In this document: piece by piece, positions 37,935-49,763 of the stretch
How positions within the stretch are numbered: the first letter of the stretch is position 1
Layout of the letters: the number at the start of each line of letters is the position of its first letter
Assembly (NCBI GenBank): GCA_030431375.1
Contig: JAUIIY010000001.1
Span: 183,280 to 247,279, forward strand
From: Alphaproteobacteria bacterium
Lineage (GTDB): Bacteria > Pseudomonadota > Alphaproteobacteria > Rickettsiales > JABSSG01
Length of the DNA stretch: 64,000 nucleotides
Direction: 5' to 3'
Notes under the pieces: model-generated
Told to the model about the DNA's origin: nothing
The model's database searches: none
Seen by the model: only the letters and a program-made list of their open reading frames with translations
Made by a program: the position numbers and the translations under genes

Positions 37935-40496
37935 ATGTCTTCTGTAAAATATGATTTCAGCGCCATTGAAACTAGATGGCAAAAATATTGGGAAGATAAT
38001 GAAATTTTTGCTCCCAATGATGCTTCTTCCGCACCAAAAAAATATATTTTGGAAATGTTCCCATACCCATCAGGAAAAATTCATATGGGACATGTTAGAA
38101 ATTACTCAATAGGTGATGTATTTTCTAGGTTTAAAATTATGCAAGGCTATAACGTCCTTCATCCGATGGGATGGGATGCTTTTGGGCTACCTGCAGAAAA
38201 TGCTGCAATCGAGAGAAATGTTCATCCTAAAGAATGGACATATAAAAATATTGAAAATATGCGTGCTGAGATCAAAAAAATAGGCCTAGCCTATGATTGG
38301 TCGAGAGAATTTGCTTCATGTGATGAGAATTACTACAAACATGAACAAAAAATATTCATCGATTTCTACAATAAGGGGCTTGCCTACAGAAAAGAATCTG
38401 TTGTTAATTGGGACCCAGTTGATCAGACAGTTCTTGCTAATGAACAAGTTGTAGATGGTAAGGGTTGGCGTTCTGGTGCGGTTGTAGAAAGAAAAACATT
38501 AAATCAGTGGTTTTTGAAAATCACAGATTATGCAGAAGAATTGCTAGATTGTCTGGATGCTTTGGACGGATGGCCTGAGCACGTCAGATTGATGCAAAAA
38601 AAATGGATCGGTAAATCACATGGCTGCAACGTTAAGTTCCCTCTAAAAAACAGAGATGGCTCTATCGAGATATTTACAACAACACCAGAAACCTTATATG
38701 GCGCCTCTTTTGTTGCCATTTCATTTGATCATCCAATGTCCAAGGAACTGGCAAAGTCCGACAAAAAAATCGCTGAATTTATTAATGAATGTAACAAGCA
38801 ATCTACAGCAGAAGAAGATATCGAAACCAATGAGAAAAAAGGCATCGATACAGGCCTAAAGGTTTCACATCCGTTGGATCAAGAATGGGAGCTACCTGTT
38901 TATATAGCAAATTTTGTTTTGATGGAATTTGGTACAGGGGCGATTTTTGCATGCCCTGCGCATGATGCAAGAGATTATGAATTCGCAAAAAAATATAATT
39001 TACCAATCAAACAAGTTGTTAAAAAGGAAAACGGTCAGGAAATAGAGCTTCCTTATAAAATTTCTGAAGATGATATCGTGTATGACTCTGGTATAATTTC
39101 TGATTTAAAAGCTTCAAGAGCAAAAAAGAAAATTATCCACCATCTAGAAAATATAGGGCTTGGCGTTGAGAAAATAAATTACAGATTGAAAGATTGGGGA
39201 GTTTCGCGACAAAGATATTGGGGTTGCCCTATTCCTATCATCCATTGTAATGATTGCGGGCCAGTAACAGTTCCAAAAGAAGACTTACCTGTTACACTGC
39301 CAAATGATGTCAGATTTGATAAATCAGGCAATCCATTATCAAACCACCCTACCTGGAAACATGTCGATTGTCCAAAATGTGGCAAACCAGCAGAACGAGA
39401 AACCGATACTTTTGATACATTCTTTGAATCTTCCTGGTATTTCATGCGATTCGCCGATAATAGCACTAATGAAGCAGTAAACAAAAAAGCCTGTGAATAT
39501 TGGGCACCCGTAGATCAATATGTGGGCGGCATTGAGCATGCTGTAATGCATTTATTATATGCTCGTTTCTTTACCAAGGCTATGCGTGACTGTGGTTATT
39601 TCAATATCACCGAGCCTTTCAAAAATCTTTTGACTCAGGGTATGGTGACCCATATGAGTTATAAAGATCGGCAAGGGAAATGGGTTGAAGCATCAGATGT
39701 TGAGGTCAAGACTGGTAAAGCCTACCTAAAAGACACTTCAAGCGAAGTCATGCCTTATCGCATTGAGAAAATGAGTAAATCTAAGCGTAATACCGTTGCT
39801 CCGATGTATATAAGTGAGAAATATGGTTCAGATACTGCTAGATTATTTATGTTGTCTGACAGCCCGCCTGAAAAAGACCTAGAATGGACAGATGCTGGAG
39901 TCGAAGGATCGTACAAATTTATAGCTAGATTATTCAGATTTGTGTCAGAATTTGTTGAAAAATATGGAGTACACCATCCTGAGACAAATGAGAATTTGAC
40001 CAAAGAGCAAATGAATCTCATGAGACGTTGCCACAAAACTATTGATTCAGTTACCTCATATCTAGAAAATTTACATTTAAATAAGGCTGTTGCATTATTA
40101 AGAGAATATTCAAATGAGATTTTTGCGTTTTCAATCAAAAATAAACATGACCAAGAAATTGTTTTTTCCGCTATCAAAAATCTATTGATTATGTTTAACC
40201 CTATGATTCCTCATGCTACAGAGGAATTATGGCATATTTGCGGATCGCATTCTTGCCTTGCTAAGGTTAAATGGCCTATCGCTGAAAAGAAATTCTTAGC
40301 TGAGGATAATTTTAACTTACCAATTCAAGTAAACGGAAAGTTGAGAGCAAGTATTGAGTTAAGTAAAAAGATCACTGCAGAAGAAGTAAAAGAAATCGCC
40401 CTTAATCTGGATGCAGTTCAAAAATTTATAGCTGATAAAACTTTGGTTAAGTTTATTTATGTTCCTCAAAAAATAGTAAATATCGTAGTAAAATGA
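37935..40496 (+). CDS. leuS: Leucine--tRNA ligase
   Basis: 853 aa; [11 protein letters not shown] (HIGH) and KMSKSKRN (KMSKS). Confidence 0.95.
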   Translation: MSSVKYDFSAIETRWQKYWEDNEIFAPNDASSAPKKYILEMFPYPSGKIHMGHVRNYSIGDVFSRFKIMQGYNVLHPMGWDAFGLPAENAAIERNVHPKEWTYKNIENMRAEIKKIGLAYDWSREFASCDENYYKHEQKIFIDFYNKGLAYRKESVVNWDPVDQTVLANEQVVDGKGWRSGAVVERKTLNQWFLKITDYAEELLDCLDALDGWPEHVRLMQKKWIGKSHGCNVKFPLKNRDGSIEIFTTTPETLYGASFVAISFDHPMSKELAKSDKKIAEFINECNKQSTAEEDIETNEKKGIDTGLKVSHPLDQEWELPVYIANFVLMEFGTGAIFACPAHDARDYEFAKKYNLPIKQVVKKENGQEIELPYKISEDDIVYDSGIISDLKASRAKKKIIHHLENIGLGVEKINYRLKDWGVSRQRYWGCPIPIIHCNDCGPVTVPKEDLPVTLPNDVRFDKSGNPLSNHPTWKHVDCPKCGKPAERETDTFDTFFESSWYFMRFADNSTNEAVNKKACEYWAPVDQYVGGIEHAVMHLLYARFFTKAMRDCGYFNITEPFKNLLTQGMVTHMSYKDRQGKWVEASDVEVKTGKAYLKDTSSEVMPYRIEKMSKSKRNTVAPMYISEKYGSDTARLFMLSDSPPEKDLEWTDAGVEGSYKFIARLFRFVSEFVEKYGVHHPETNENLTKEQMNLMRRCHKTIDSVTSYLENLHLNKAVALLREYSNEIFAFSIKNKHDQEIVFSAIKNLLIMFNPMIPHATEELWHICGSHSCLAKVKWPIAEKKFLAEDNFNLPIQVNGKLRASIELSKKITAEEVKEIALNLDAVQKFIADKTLVKFIYVPQKIVNIVVK

Positions 40497-41011
40497 AAAA
40501 ACTTTCTATAATAGCTATATTTCTACTTTTTAGTTGCAAGTTTCAGCCTCTAAACCAAACCATAAATGATCAAACTTACAATGGTTTGTTGGCACAAATT
40601 AAACTAGGGAAAATTGAAGCTGATCATTCTTTTTTCTTGATAAAAAATTTAGAGAGCCAACTTAACCCTCAAGGTCTTGAGGTTCCTAAAAAATATCTTT
40701 TAAACCTTAAAGTTACTTCTTCTATCCAAGATTTGCTCGTTAAAAAAGATAGTACTATCTCTAGGCAAGAAATTAAAAGTTATTCCAGCTATGAAATTAT
40801 TGATTTGTCTGAAAGTCACAAAAAAATTGACTCAGGAAACTTTACCACAGCATTATCATACCCCACCTCTGGTTCAATATATTCCAGCTATATAAACGAG
40901 GAATATACCTTAAAAAATAGTTTCAAAGAAATTGCAAGAAATATAAAATTAAGGGCAATTATAGCTCTAACCAAAAAATTATCAGATGAAGATAGCTCCC
41001 AAAGAGATTAA
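40493..41011 (+). CDS. lptE: LPS-assembly lipoprotein LptE (by synteny)
   Basis: 172 aa; lipobox LLFSC. Conserved leuS-lptE-holA order; the sequence itself is weakly diagnostic. Confidence 0.6.
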   Translation: MKKLSIIAIFLLFSCKFQPLNQTINDQTYNGLLAQIKLGKIEADHSFFLIKNLESQLNPQGLEVPKKYLLNLKVTSSIQDLLVKKDSTISRQEIKSYSSYEIIDLSESHKKIDSGNFTTALSYPTSGSIYSSYINEEYTLKNSFKEIARNIKLRAIIALTKKLSDEDSSQRD

Positions 41012-42008
41012 TAATTTTATTGCAAATGGATTTCGACAATTCACTGCAACTCTGATTTATGGAAATGACTATGGAAGCGTTGTAGAAAAATCTGAGCAAA
41101 TTTATAGAAATTTTTGTACTGAAGCATTTGACCCAGATTTTAATCTAGTTAATCTCGATTTCAAGGATGCAAATTCTAACCCAGAGATCATTATAAATGA
41201 AATTAAAGGAATTGCTTTCAATGGCCAAAATAAATTCATTAAATTATCGCATGCCGGACCTAGTATAAATAAAGAACTAATCGATGCTATAAAAGATAAT
41301 CAAGATAATATTGTGATTATCACTACCGAAGAATTATCGCCCTCCTCCTCGCTAAGAAAGACATTTGAAACAGAAAAGAATTTTGCTTGTCTTGCTTGCT
41401 ACCATGACGATAAAGTTGTTATAAGGAGCTTAATATCAAAGAAATTTCAAGAATATAACCTATCTTTTTCACCTCAAATTTTAGATTATCTTGTAATGAA
41501 ATTGGGAAATGATCACCGGATTGCTATTAACGAGATAGAAAAAATCGCTCTATATTTTTATGACAAAAAAAATATCGATATCAATGAATTGATCAACTTC
41601 TACACTGAATCAAATTCAGAATTATCAACCGATAATTTCATCAGCTTTTTTGTCCAGAACAAGCTTAATAGCGCTATCATGGAATTATCTAGATTATATG
41701 ATTCTGACAAAAATTTTGTCTTTATAATCAGGCAATTAACTAATTTTTTCCAGAAAATAAAGCTTATTAAAGCATGGATGGAACGAGGCAAAAATGAATA
41801 TGAAGCATTTGCACAAATAAAACCTCCTATTTTCTTTAAAAATGTTCCCTATCATAAAATGGCATGCCATAAACTATCCATGAGGCAAGTTGATTATTTA
41901 ATTGAACAGCTAATCGAGCTAGAAATAAATATAAAAACTGCCTATGAGGCAACCAGCTTACTTATGGAAAAATTTATCGTAGATAACTCAAGATTTTTTG
42001 CCAGTTAA
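40986..42008 (+). CDS. holA: DNA polymerase III delta subunit
   Basis: 340 aa; size, position after lptE and an N-terminal pattern (ATLIYGNDYG) fit HolA. Confidence 0.75.
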   Translation: MKIAPKEINNFIANGFRQFTATLIYGNDYGSVVEKSEQIYRNFCTEAFDPDFNLVNLDFKDANSNPEIIINEIKGIAFNGQNKFIKLSHAGPSINKELIDAIKDNQDNIVIITTEELSPSSSLRKTFETEKNFACLACYHDDKVVIRSLISKKFQEYNLSFSPQILDYLVMKLGNDHRIAINEIEKIALYFYDKKNIDINELINFYTESNSELSTDNFISFFVQNKLNSAIMELSRLYDSDKNFVFIIRQLTNFFQKIKLIKAWMERGKNEYEAFAQIKPPIFFKNVPYHKMACHKLSMRQVDYLIEQLIELEINIKTAYEATSLLMEKFIVDNSRFFAS

Positions 42009-42074
42009 CTAGTTATCATTTCCTTTTTTATTAATTTTGCCTATTATAATGTCCACATAAAATTGTTTATTACT

Positions 42075-43364
42075 ATGAAACTATCACAATATTTTTTACC
42101 AATACTAAAAGAAGATCCAGCCGAAGCACATGTGATTTCTCATAAATTAATGCTTAGAGCTGGTATGATAAGACAGCAAAATAGTGGTATTTATAGTTGG
42201 CTACCACTAGGGTTGAAAGTGCTACAAAGAATTTCTCAGATAGTAAGAGAAGAAATGAACAAATCTGGTATTAACGAAATTTGTATGCCTTGTATACAGC
42301 CAGCTGATTTTTGGATAGAAACTGGTAGATATGAGAGCTATGGGAAAGAAATGCTGAAAATAAAAGACCGTCATGATAATGATCTTTTATTTGGGCCAAC
42401 AGCTGAGGATGCGATAACAGATTTGGTCAGAAATAACGTCAAATCATATAAATCTCTTCCTTTAAATTTTTACCAAATCCAATGGAAATTTAGAGATGAA
42501 ATAAGACCTAGATTTGGTTTAATGCGCGGACGTGAATTCCTTATGAAGGACGCTTATAGCTTCGATATTGACGAAGAATCAGCTGCAAAAACATATAATA
42601 TGTATTTTGAAACTTATCTCAAAATATTCAACAGGATTGGCATCAAGGCCATACCTGTGAAGGCAGAAACCGGACCAATTGGTGGCAATATGAGCCATGA
42701 GTTCCAAATTGTTGCCGAAAGCGGTGAAAGCACAATTTTTTATGATGCAAATTTAGATTCCTTGCTAGCAAAAAAAGATAATTTTGATATTGAAAAAATC
42801 AAATCTCTCTATGCAGCATCAGATGATATACATAATGAAACAGATTGCCCGATTCCAACTCAAGATCTGAAAGTGACTAGAGGAATAGAAATTGGTCATA
42901 TTTTCAATTTCGGCACAAAATACACAAAAGCAATGAATTGTACTGTACAGGATAGTGAAGGAAAATTAGTTCACCCAATTTGTGGATCATACGGAATAGG
43001 CGTTTCAAGATTTGTGGCAGCAATTATAGAGGCCTCTCATGATGATAGAGGAATTATATGGCCAAAATCAGTAACTCCATTTGATGTTTCAGTAATTTGC
43101 TTAAATAATAAAAATGAAGAAACTGTCCAGTTAGCTAATCAGTGTTATGACTCCTTATCTAGAAATTATGAAGTATTATTGGACGATACAAACGAAAGTG
43201 CTGGAAGCAAGTTTGCCACTCATGATCTTATAGGAATCCCAATTCAGGTTATTATAGGTCCAAGACTTGCAAAAGAGGGAATGGTTGAGGTAAAATACAG
43301 GGATAATGCTGAGTCCATTGAAGTAAAAATAGATCAATTAAATGACCTTATACAAAAACATTAA
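42075..43364 (+). CDS. proS: Proline--tRNA ligase (short, alphaproteobacterial type)
   Basis: [51 protein letters not shown] and GSYGIGVSR are class II motifs. ATG at 42075. Confidence 0.9.
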   Translation: MKLSQYFLPILKEDPAEAHVISHKLMLRAGMIRQQNSGIYSWLPLGLKVLQRISQIVREEMNKSGINEICMPCIQPADFWIETGRYESYGKEMLKIKDRHDNDLLFGPTAEDAITDLVRNNVKSYKSLPLNFYQIQWKFRDEIRPRFGLMRGREFLMKDAYSFDIDEESAAKTYNMYFETYLKIFNRIGIKAIPVKAETGPIGGNMSHEFQIVAESGESTIFYDANLDSLLAKKDNFDIEKIKSLYAASDDIHNETDCPIPTQDLKVTRGIEIGHIFNFGTKYTKAMNCTVQDSEGKLVHPICGSYGIGVSRFVAAIIEASHDDRGIIWPKSVTPFDVSVICLNNKNEETVQLANQCYDSLSRNYEVLLDDTNESAGSKFATHDLIGIPIQVIIGPRLAKEGMVEVKYRDNAESIEVKIDQLNDLIQKH

Positions 43365-44598
43365 ACTAGAGTTCCTAATTGCTTTCAAATATTTGCAGTC
43401 TCGCAATAAAGAGAAATTCATCTCCGTTAATAGTATTTTTTCTTTAGTTGGCATTGCTCTTGGTGTTGCTGCCCTTATCGTAGTAATGTCTATTATGAAT
43501 GGGTTTCATGAGGAGCTATCGAGCAAGATAATAGGCCTAAATAGTGATGTAATTATTAATAATTATGTCGGAGCACCAATAACTGATTCTCAAAAGAAGA
43601 TCGAAAAAATAAAAAAACTCCAAGAGGTTCAAAATTCTTTCGCTTCAATACAAAAACAAGGTCTGGTAACACATCAAGGAAAAGCGAGTGGTATTGTTGT
43701 AAAAGCCATAGAAAAAGACGCGCTGAAATATCAAACTTTAATAAGTAAAAATATCCCAGAAGAAGTTTCAGATAATTTCAATGGATTCCAAATTATTCTG
43801 GGCATTTCAGTGGCCAATAAATTGAGAGTAGTAAAGGGACAGAAAGTTACTCTAATGTCACCTGAATTTCATACAAATATCTTAGGTAAATTACCGCGAA
43901 TGAAAGATTTTACTGTCACAGGGATTTTTCATACTGGCCTTACCGAATATGATGAAGGAGCTGTTATTGTACCTCTAGATAGTGGTCAAATCTTCTATGA
44001 TATGCAAGATAAAGTAAACCAAATAGAAGTATTCGCCTATGATCATTCTCAGGCTCCAAAATTAGCAGGTTTAATCAATCAATTATTAGATGATCAATAT
44101 ATAGTGACTGACTGGCAAAGAATAAATGCCGCTTTATTCAACGCATTGAAGGCCGAGAGAGTTGCTATGTTTACTATACTTACTCTAATCATTATCGTTG
44201 CCGCATTTAGCATTGTATCAAGCCTGACAATGCTAGTAATGGATAAAAATAAAGAAATTGCTGTTTTAAAAACCCTTGGAATGCAAAATATTTCTATTAT
44301 CCGCATATTCTTCATCTGCGGCTTTATTATTAGCATAATTGCAAGTGGAATTGGCCTTGCTATTGGCCTTGCTATTTCATATAACATTCAAGAAATTAAA
44401 GAATTTCTTTCAACTATTACCCATACAAATTTATTTGATCCTGTAGTCTATTATCTTGATTCCTTGCCATCTAAAGTAGATATTAATGATATTAAACTGA
44501 TAGGGCTGATTGTAACTCTCTTAACAGCCTTAGCAACATTTTATCCAGCCAGAAAAGCTGGAAACTTAAACCCTGTAGATATATTAAAATCTGAGTAA
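43342..44598 (+). CDS. lolC: Lipoprotein-releasing system permease LolC/E
   Basis: 418 aa; MacB-like periplasmic domain between TM1 and TM2 and a C-terminal FtsX domain. Followed by lolD. Confidence 0.8.
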   Translation: MTLYKNIKLEFLIAFKYLQSRNKEKFISVNSIFSLVGIALGVAALIVVMSIMNGFHEELSSKIIGLNSDVIINNYVGAPITDSQKKIEKIKKLQEVQNSFASIQKQGLVTHQGKASGIVVKAIEKDALKYQTLISKNIPEEVSDNFNGFQIILGISVANKLRVVKGQKVTLMSPEFHTNILGKLPRMKDFTVTGIFHTGLTEYDEGAVIVPLDSGQIFYDMQDKVNQIEVFAYDHSQAPKLAGLINQLLDDQYIVTDWQRINAALFNALKAERVAMFTILTLIIIVAAFSIVSSLTMLVMDKNKEIAVLKTLGMQNISIIRIFFICGFIISIIASGIGLAIGLAISYNIQEIKEFLSTITHTNLFDPVVYYLDSLPSKVDINDIKLIGLIVTLLTALATFYPARKAGNLNPVDILKSE

Positions 44599-45269
44599 TG
44601 ACAGTTCTAGAATTAAAAAATATCAGCAAATCATTTAAACAAGCCCACGATCAATTGTCGGTGCTGAAGAAAATTAATATATCTATTAATGCACATGAGA
44701 TAGTAGCCTTAGTTGGTGCTTCAGGCTCTGGTAAATCAACCTTACTCCATATTGCAGCCATGTTGTTGCCATATGAGTCAGGTGAGCTTTTTATTCAAAA
44801 CACCGACGTAAAAAATTTATCACAAAAAGAAAAAACTAACTTAAGATTAAATAATATCGGCTTTATTTATCAAACTAGCAATTTACTCTCTGACTTTACA
44901 GCCGTTGAAAATGTTGCTTTCCCTCTAATCTTGCAAGGAAATGATAGGCGAGATTCCATTCAAAAATCAGAAAAATTATTATCTGAGTTGGGTTTAGAAA
45001 ATCGAGCTACTGCTTTTCCCAGCAAATTATCCGGTGGTGAAGCTCAAAGAGTAGCAATAGCCCGAAGTATGATCCATAACCCATCGATAATTTTAGCGGA
45101 TGAGCCAACAGGAAATCTTGATAGTGATAATGCCAATAAAATCATTGAAATGTTAATTAATCAGGCAAAACAAAAAAATGCCTCTGTATTAATCGTTACT
45201 CACGATCAGAATATTGCTCGGAAATGTGATCGCATATTGAATTTAAATAATGGCATTATTAATGACTAG
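44598..45269 (+). CDS. lolD: Lipoprotein-releasing system ATP-binding protein
   Basis: 223 aa; GASGSGKST, LSGGEAQRVAIARS, ILADEPTGNLD. Confidence 0.85.
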   Translation: MTVLELKNISKSFKQAHDQLSVLKKINISINAHEIVALVGASGSGKSTLLHIAAMLLPYESGELFIQNTDVKNLSQKEKTNLRLNNIGFIYQTSNLLSDFTAVENVAFPLILQGNDRRDSIQKSEKLLSELGLENRATAFPSKLSGGEAQRVAIARSMIHNPSIILADEPTGNLDSDNANKIIEMLINQAKQKNASVLIVTHDQNIARKCDRILNLNNGIIND

Positions 45270-45936
45270 GTTCATAGCATTGATAGTTGCTGGTGGCTCA
45301 GGCACAAGAATGGAGCAGTCACTGCCCAAGCAATATCTTGAGTTAAATAAAAAAACAATTATTGAACATACTGTCAAAGCTTTTGAAGATCACCCTTTAG
45401 TCACAGATATATGTGTTGTGATAGCAAAAGATCATGAAGCTATTTTCAATAATATTTTTGATAAACGGATCAAGTACTGCTTCGGTGGAGATAATAGACA
45501 AAGTTCGGTTAGATTGGGATTGGAATATATCCAAAAACTCTCCCCTGATTATGTCTTAATTCATGATGCTGCACGTCCATTCATAGACCCTGAGAATATT
45601 AAACATATTATCAAAGAACTCGAGAATCATGATGGCGTAATACTGGCTGAAAAACTTAATGATACCATAAAAGAACATAACCATGGCAAAGTAACCAGGT
45701 CATTAGATAGACAGGTTTTATGTGCAGCCCAAACTCCTCAGGCGTTCAAATATGATATTATGTTTGATTTACATTCAAAATATAAGAACCAGCTCTTTAC
45801 TGATGATAGTAGTTTATTTGAAAAAGAAAATTTGCCGATTAAAATAATATTTAATCAAAATATAAATTTTAAAATCACTACTATGAAAGACCTACATATA
45901 GCTAGATTTATGATGGAACAAAATGAAGAAAATTAA
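45250..45936 (+). CDS. ispD: 2-C-methyl-D-erythritol 4-phosphate cytidylyltransferase
   Basis: 228 aa; AGGSGTRM, VLIHDAARPF, AQTPQAF. Confidence 0.85.
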   Translation: MALLMTRFIALIVAGGSGTRMEQSLPKQYLELNKKTIIEHTVKAFEDHPLVTDICVVIAKDHEAIFNNIFDKRIKYCFGGDNRQSSVRLGLEYIQKLSPDYVLIHDAARPFIDPENIKHIIKELENHDGVILAEKLNDTIKEHNHGKVTRSLDRQVLCAAQTPQAFKYDIMFDLHSKYKNQLFTDDSSLFEKENLPIKIIFNQNINFKITTMKDLHIARFMMEQNEEN

Positions 45937-46420
45937 AGTAGGAATTGGGTTTGATGCTCATAAATTCGAAAAATCAAATAATGATAATCATATAATTTTA
46001 TGTGGTATAAAAATCCCTTCAGAATTTTCTATACAAGCCCATTCCGATGGAGATGTTGCACTGCACGCAATCACTGATGCTATACTTGGAGCAATAGGTC
46101 AAGATGATATTGGATTTCACTTTCCTCCAACAGATAATAAATGGAAGGGAGTAACATCCGAAATATTTGTAAAACATGCTCTCAAGCTTGTGAAAGAGGC
46201 CGGTGGAAAAATTAATAATGTCGATATCACAATTATAGCTGAAACACCAAAAATAACGCCGTACAGAGCAGAATTACGCAAAAACCTAGCAATGATTTTA
46301 TCTATGAATGAAAGTGATGTTAATATAAAAGCTACAACAACTGAAAAAATGGGATTTACTGGCAGAAAAGAAGGAATTGCCTGTCAGGCCCTAGCTACAG
46401 TCGAAATCAACGAGAAATAG
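45923..46420 (+). CDS. ispF: 2-C-methyl-D-erythritol 2,4-cyclodiphosphate synthase
   Basis: 165 aa; GIGFDAHKF, HSDGDVALHA, ITIIAETPKI, ATTTEKMGFTGR. Confidence 0.9.
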   Translation: MKKIKVGIGFDAHKFEKSNNDNHIILCGIKIPSEFSIQAHSDGDVALHAITDAILGAIGQDDIGFHFPPTDNKWKGVTSEIFVKHALKLVKEAGGKINNVDITIIAETPKITPYRAELRKNLAMILSMNESDVNIKATTTEKMGFTGRKEGIACQALATVEINEK

Positions 46421-47582
46421 AACCTCCGCGATCTCTTCTAGCATCTGGAGTTTCTTGAGCTGTAGGTTCAGTTTTTTTAAATGTCCAATCCTCCCTAGTA
46501 CCAAATAAAGCTCTCGATACGCCTGAAGCCATCCTTCTTACATACCCCCCTCTTTTCCTTTGCTCGGCAACTTTTTCATCTAAATCTTTATCTTTATCCG
46601 CTTCCTTTTTATATGCAGCATATCTCATCATTGCACCTTCATGAGTCATTTGCTCACCAGCCACGTGATCTCTTGCTACAGCCTCAGTAGCTCTCATTAA
46701 ACTTAGACGATCCCTTACATGCTCTGCCATGGCTGCAGTATCAGGCATAGCCGGAACTTGTAATTTTTGCGCTAATTTATTTACTCTGGCCTTTAAAACG
46801 GCCTCGCGCTCTGCACCTTCATATTGCTCATCCATCTCTTGCTTCATACCTGCAGTATCTTTCATATCTAAGCTTTTTGATACAACATCTGGAGCATGTT
46901 GAGCCATCCTGGCAACGGATGCAGGTAAACTAGTCAGATCAACCGCAGCAGAAGCAATTGTAAAGATACCCTTAGCTGCAGCTTTCAAAGCTTCACCTCT
47001 TAATGTAGGTAAATTCCTTCTATGCTCCTCTCCCTCCCTTGCTGTGTACTCAGCTGATAAGCTCGACATTGTTCCTCTAAATTTACCAAACTGAGCCCTT
47101 TTTTCTTCACTCATGCCTCTATGAAGATTTTGCGTGTGTTCATGGTGCGCATCTTCTAAGGTTCTTAATAATTTCAGCTGATGTTCCAAACTCCTTATTT
47201 TATTTTCTCTATGAACATCCATGGCCACACTCACGGTTTTTCCAACCACAACAGCTCCTAGTCCAACTGCAGGAGCTATTAGAGCCAATCCTCCAGATGC
47301 TGCAACCGCTGTAACCCCTAAACCAACTGCAAGGGCAAATGTTGCCAAACGACCTGCAGGATGATTTAAGAATGTATTTGTTTTTTCTCCGACAGTAGAA
47401 AGTGCCCTACCAACAAATGAATTGGATACAGATTTGTATAAACCGCTATTTTTTATTGAGTTTCCGATTTTAGAAAAGAAAGAGCCAAAGCGAGATTTAC
47501 TAATCGCTTTACCCACATTTGCAGATTTATAACCTTGCTTTTCTAAAATTTCTTCATCCGTTAAGTGTCTTTCTTCTATCAT
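46407..47582 (-). CDS. Hypothetical protein with bilobed hydrophobic segment (effector-like)
   Basis: 391-aa ORF. Residues ~79-115 LATFALAVGLGVTAVAASGGLALIAPAVGLGAVVVG (nt 47238-47348); the remainder is charged, Ala/Arg/Glu-rich and coiled-coil-like. No family recognised. Confidence 0.5.
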   Translation of the reverse strand: MIEERHLTDEEILEKQGYKSANVGKAISKSRFGSFFSKIGNSIKNSGLYKSVSNSFVGRALSTVGEKTNTFLNHPAGRLATFALAVGLGVTAVAASGGLALIAPAVGLGAVVVGKTVSVAMDVHRENKIRSLEHQLKLLRTLEDAHHEHTQNLHRGMSEEKRAQFGKFRGTMSSLSAEYTAREGEEHRRNLPTLRGEALKAAAKGIFTIASAAVDLTSLPASVARMAQHAPDVVSKSLDMKDTAGMKQEMDEQYEGAEREAVLKARVNKLAQKLQVPAMPDTAAMAEHVRDRLSLMRATEAVARDHVAGEQMTHEGAMMRYAAYKKEADKDKDLDEKVAEQRKRGGYVRRMASGVSRALFGTREDWTFKKTEPTAQETPDARRDRGGSISR

Positions 47583-47639
47583 CGCTAGCTACTAATAAAA
47601 AGCTTTATATTAGTATGAGGAAAAATTTCTGATTTTACA

Positions 47640-48818
47640 CTAAATAAATGACTCTACACAGACAGCATTTCCCATACCACCACCGATGCATAATGTTGCA
47701 ATTGCCTTTTTAGCATTTTGACGTTTCATCTGATGTAGCAATGTTGTTAGAATTCGTGCTCCAGAAGCTCCTATAGGGTGACCAATAGCGATTGCCCCGC
47801 CATTAACATTAACTTTTTTGACATCCCACTTCATCTCTTTATTTACAGCAATTGATTGCACGGCAAAAGCTTCGTTAGACTCTATTAAATCTAACTCACC
47901 TACTTTCCAACCTGCAATATCTAGAGCCTTTTTTGAGGCATAAACAGGTCCTATCCCCATAATGGAAGGGTCGACACCAACAGTGGCAAATGATTTTATT
48001 TTGCCTAATGGCTGTAAATTATATTTTTTTACCGCATCCTCATCCATCAGTAGCAACATCGCAGCACCATCATTTAATCCTGATGCATTACCGGCAGTAA
48101 CAGTGCCATCTTTCTTGAACGCCGGCTTTAATCTTGCGAGAGATTCAATCGTTGTATTATGCCTAACAAACTCATCTTGACCAAAGAAAGTTGAATCTTT
48201 TCTAGATTTAATCTCTATTGGTATAATTTCACCTTCAAAATTATGCTCTTTTTGGGCCTTTTCAGCTTTATTTTGTGAAGCACATGCAAAGCTGTCTTGC
48301 TCTTCTCTTGAAATTTCGAATTTCTCAGCAATATTTTCTGCAGTTATTCCCATATGGTAATTAGCAAAAGCATCAAGCAAGCCGTCTGAGATCATTGTAT
48401 CTGATAATTCAGAGGAACCCATTTTAACTCCCTGACGTATATATGAACTATGCTGAGCTTGAGACATACTTTCCTGCCCACCTGCAATAACTATAGATGA
48501 TTGTCCAGTCATTATGGATTGTGCCCCAACCATAACAGACTTTATCCCTGAACCACATACATGGCTGATGCCATAGGCTGGAATTGAGCTAGGTAAGCCA
48601 GCATTTATTGCAGTCTGACGAGCAGGATTCTGCCCTTGTCCTGCAACCAGAACTTGCCCTAATATGACTTCTGAAACCTCGTTTGGGTCAATTTGATTGC
48701 GCCTAATAATTGCTTTAAGAATGGGAACAGCTATCTCAGAGGCTGATAAATTCTTCAGCGATCCAAGGAAACTTCCAACCGCAGACCTAGCTGCATCAAC
48801 GATATATACTTCTTTCAT
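47640..48818 (-). CDS. Acetyl-CoA C-acetyltransferase (thiolase II)
   Basis: MKEVYIVDAARSAVG, VCGSGIKSV (active Cys), NVNGGAIAIGHPIGASG, CIGGGMG. Start taken at the internal Met. Confidence 0.9.
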   Translation of the reverse strand: MKEVYIVDAARSAVGSFLGSLKNLSASEIAVPILKAIIRRNQIDPNEVSEVILGQVLVAGQGQNPARQTAINAGLPSSIPAYGISHVCGSGIKSVMVGAQSIMTGQSSIVIAGGQESMSQAQHSSYIRQGVKMGSSELSDTMISDGLLDAFANYHMGITAENIAEKFEISREEQDSFACASQNKAEKAQKEHNFEGEIIPIEIKSRKDSTFFGQDEFVRHNTTIESLARLKPAFKKDGTVTAGNASGLNDGAAMLLLMDEDAVKKYNLQPLGKIKSFATVGVDPSIMGIGPVYASKKALDIAGWKVGELDLIESNEAFAVQSIAVNKEMKWDVKKVNVNGGAIAIGHPIGASGARILTTLLHQMKRQNAKKAIATLCIGGGMGNAVCVESFI

Positions 48819-48891
48819 TATTCCCCACAATTAAATTAACTCAAAATCATCTATAGAGCTTTACATTATTTATTGCAAAAACTTTTTCTTG

Positions 48892-49683
48892 TTATTTCTT
48901 GCCCTTCCATCTCAACCATTTATGTAATAGTTCTCTCATTTTAGTTAAATATTTTTCCTCATTACTAACAGCATTTACTTGAACAATTTCAGTATTATCA
49001 ATAATTGCAGCGGCAACAATTTTTACGCCTTCATACAAAATAAAACAGAATTTTTTCCGATGATGAATATCTCCTGCTTCCTTTCTAATGTCTGAAGTGA
49101 ACTCACGAAGATGACTGATTTTTCCAAACTCATCCCATTCATTATCATGCATGCAATATTTGAGAGAAAACTCATTAAATCCAGCTTCGTTTAAAATCTC
49201 TATGATCAAATCATTTTTTGCTAAAGTATAGGATTTAACTCCTTGTGCATCTTTTTCAAAAGCCTTTTCTTGAAGAGACAATTTTCTCTTTAACTCACCA
49301 TATTTATTTTTCCACTCACTATTTTGCCTCAAAAAATCTCTAAACATTAAATTTAGTTTAATTTCAGGATGATCTTCCGTAAATATATGCAAATTAAAGC
49401 CGTGACTATCTAACCTTTTCGTCATGCATTCATGAAATGGTATATTAAACTCCCCCCGAGCTTTATACCCCAGCTCTTCCAATAATTTTATTATTTGAGG
49501 AAAATCATTAGCAATTAGTAAAATATCAATTTTAGGTTTGGCACATAAATCCTCAACTGATGTTGAACCAATATGATGTATCTGAAGTTTTATACCTACC
49601 AACTTATTTGAGATTAGATCTTTCTCTGCTTGAAAGAATTTAGGCCAATCGTAATTATACTCTTCTACCTTATCTTTGCTCAT
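48892..49683 (-). CDS. GrpB-family (nucleotidyltransferase-fold) protein with C-terminal extension
   Basis: YDWPKFF...IHHIGSTSVEDLCAKPKIDILL is typical of GrpB. Start taken at MSKDKVEEY. About 90 aa of extra C-terminal sequence. Confidence 0.7.
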   Translation of the reverse strand: MSKDKVEEYNYDWPKFFQAEKDLISNKLVGIKLQIHHIGSTSVEDLCAKPKIDILLIANDFPQIIKLLEELGYKARGEFNIPFHECMTKRLDSHGFNLHIFTEDHPEIKLNLMFRDFLRQNSEWKNKYGELKRKLSLQEKAFEKDAQGVKSYTLAKNDLIIEILNEAGFNEFSLKYCMHDNEWDEFGKISHLREFTSDIRKEAGDIHHRKKFCFILYEGVKIVAAAIIDNTEIVQVNAVSNEEKYLTKMRELLHKWLRWKGKK

Positions 49684-49763
49684 AAAATAAATTTTTGAAT
49701 TGCAAAGGAGCATAAAACACCAGAAGCAAGAAAATTGCAACCTGCTTCTGGCTTATTTAACAA

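Noticed and set aside
34470-40177. Antisense ORFs inside the porins, the DUF3576 gene and leuS (34470-34826, 36330-36563, 37386-37766, 37418-37627, 37430-37612, 38528-39551, 39755-40177)
   Set aside because: They overlap strongly supported genes and no family motifs are present.
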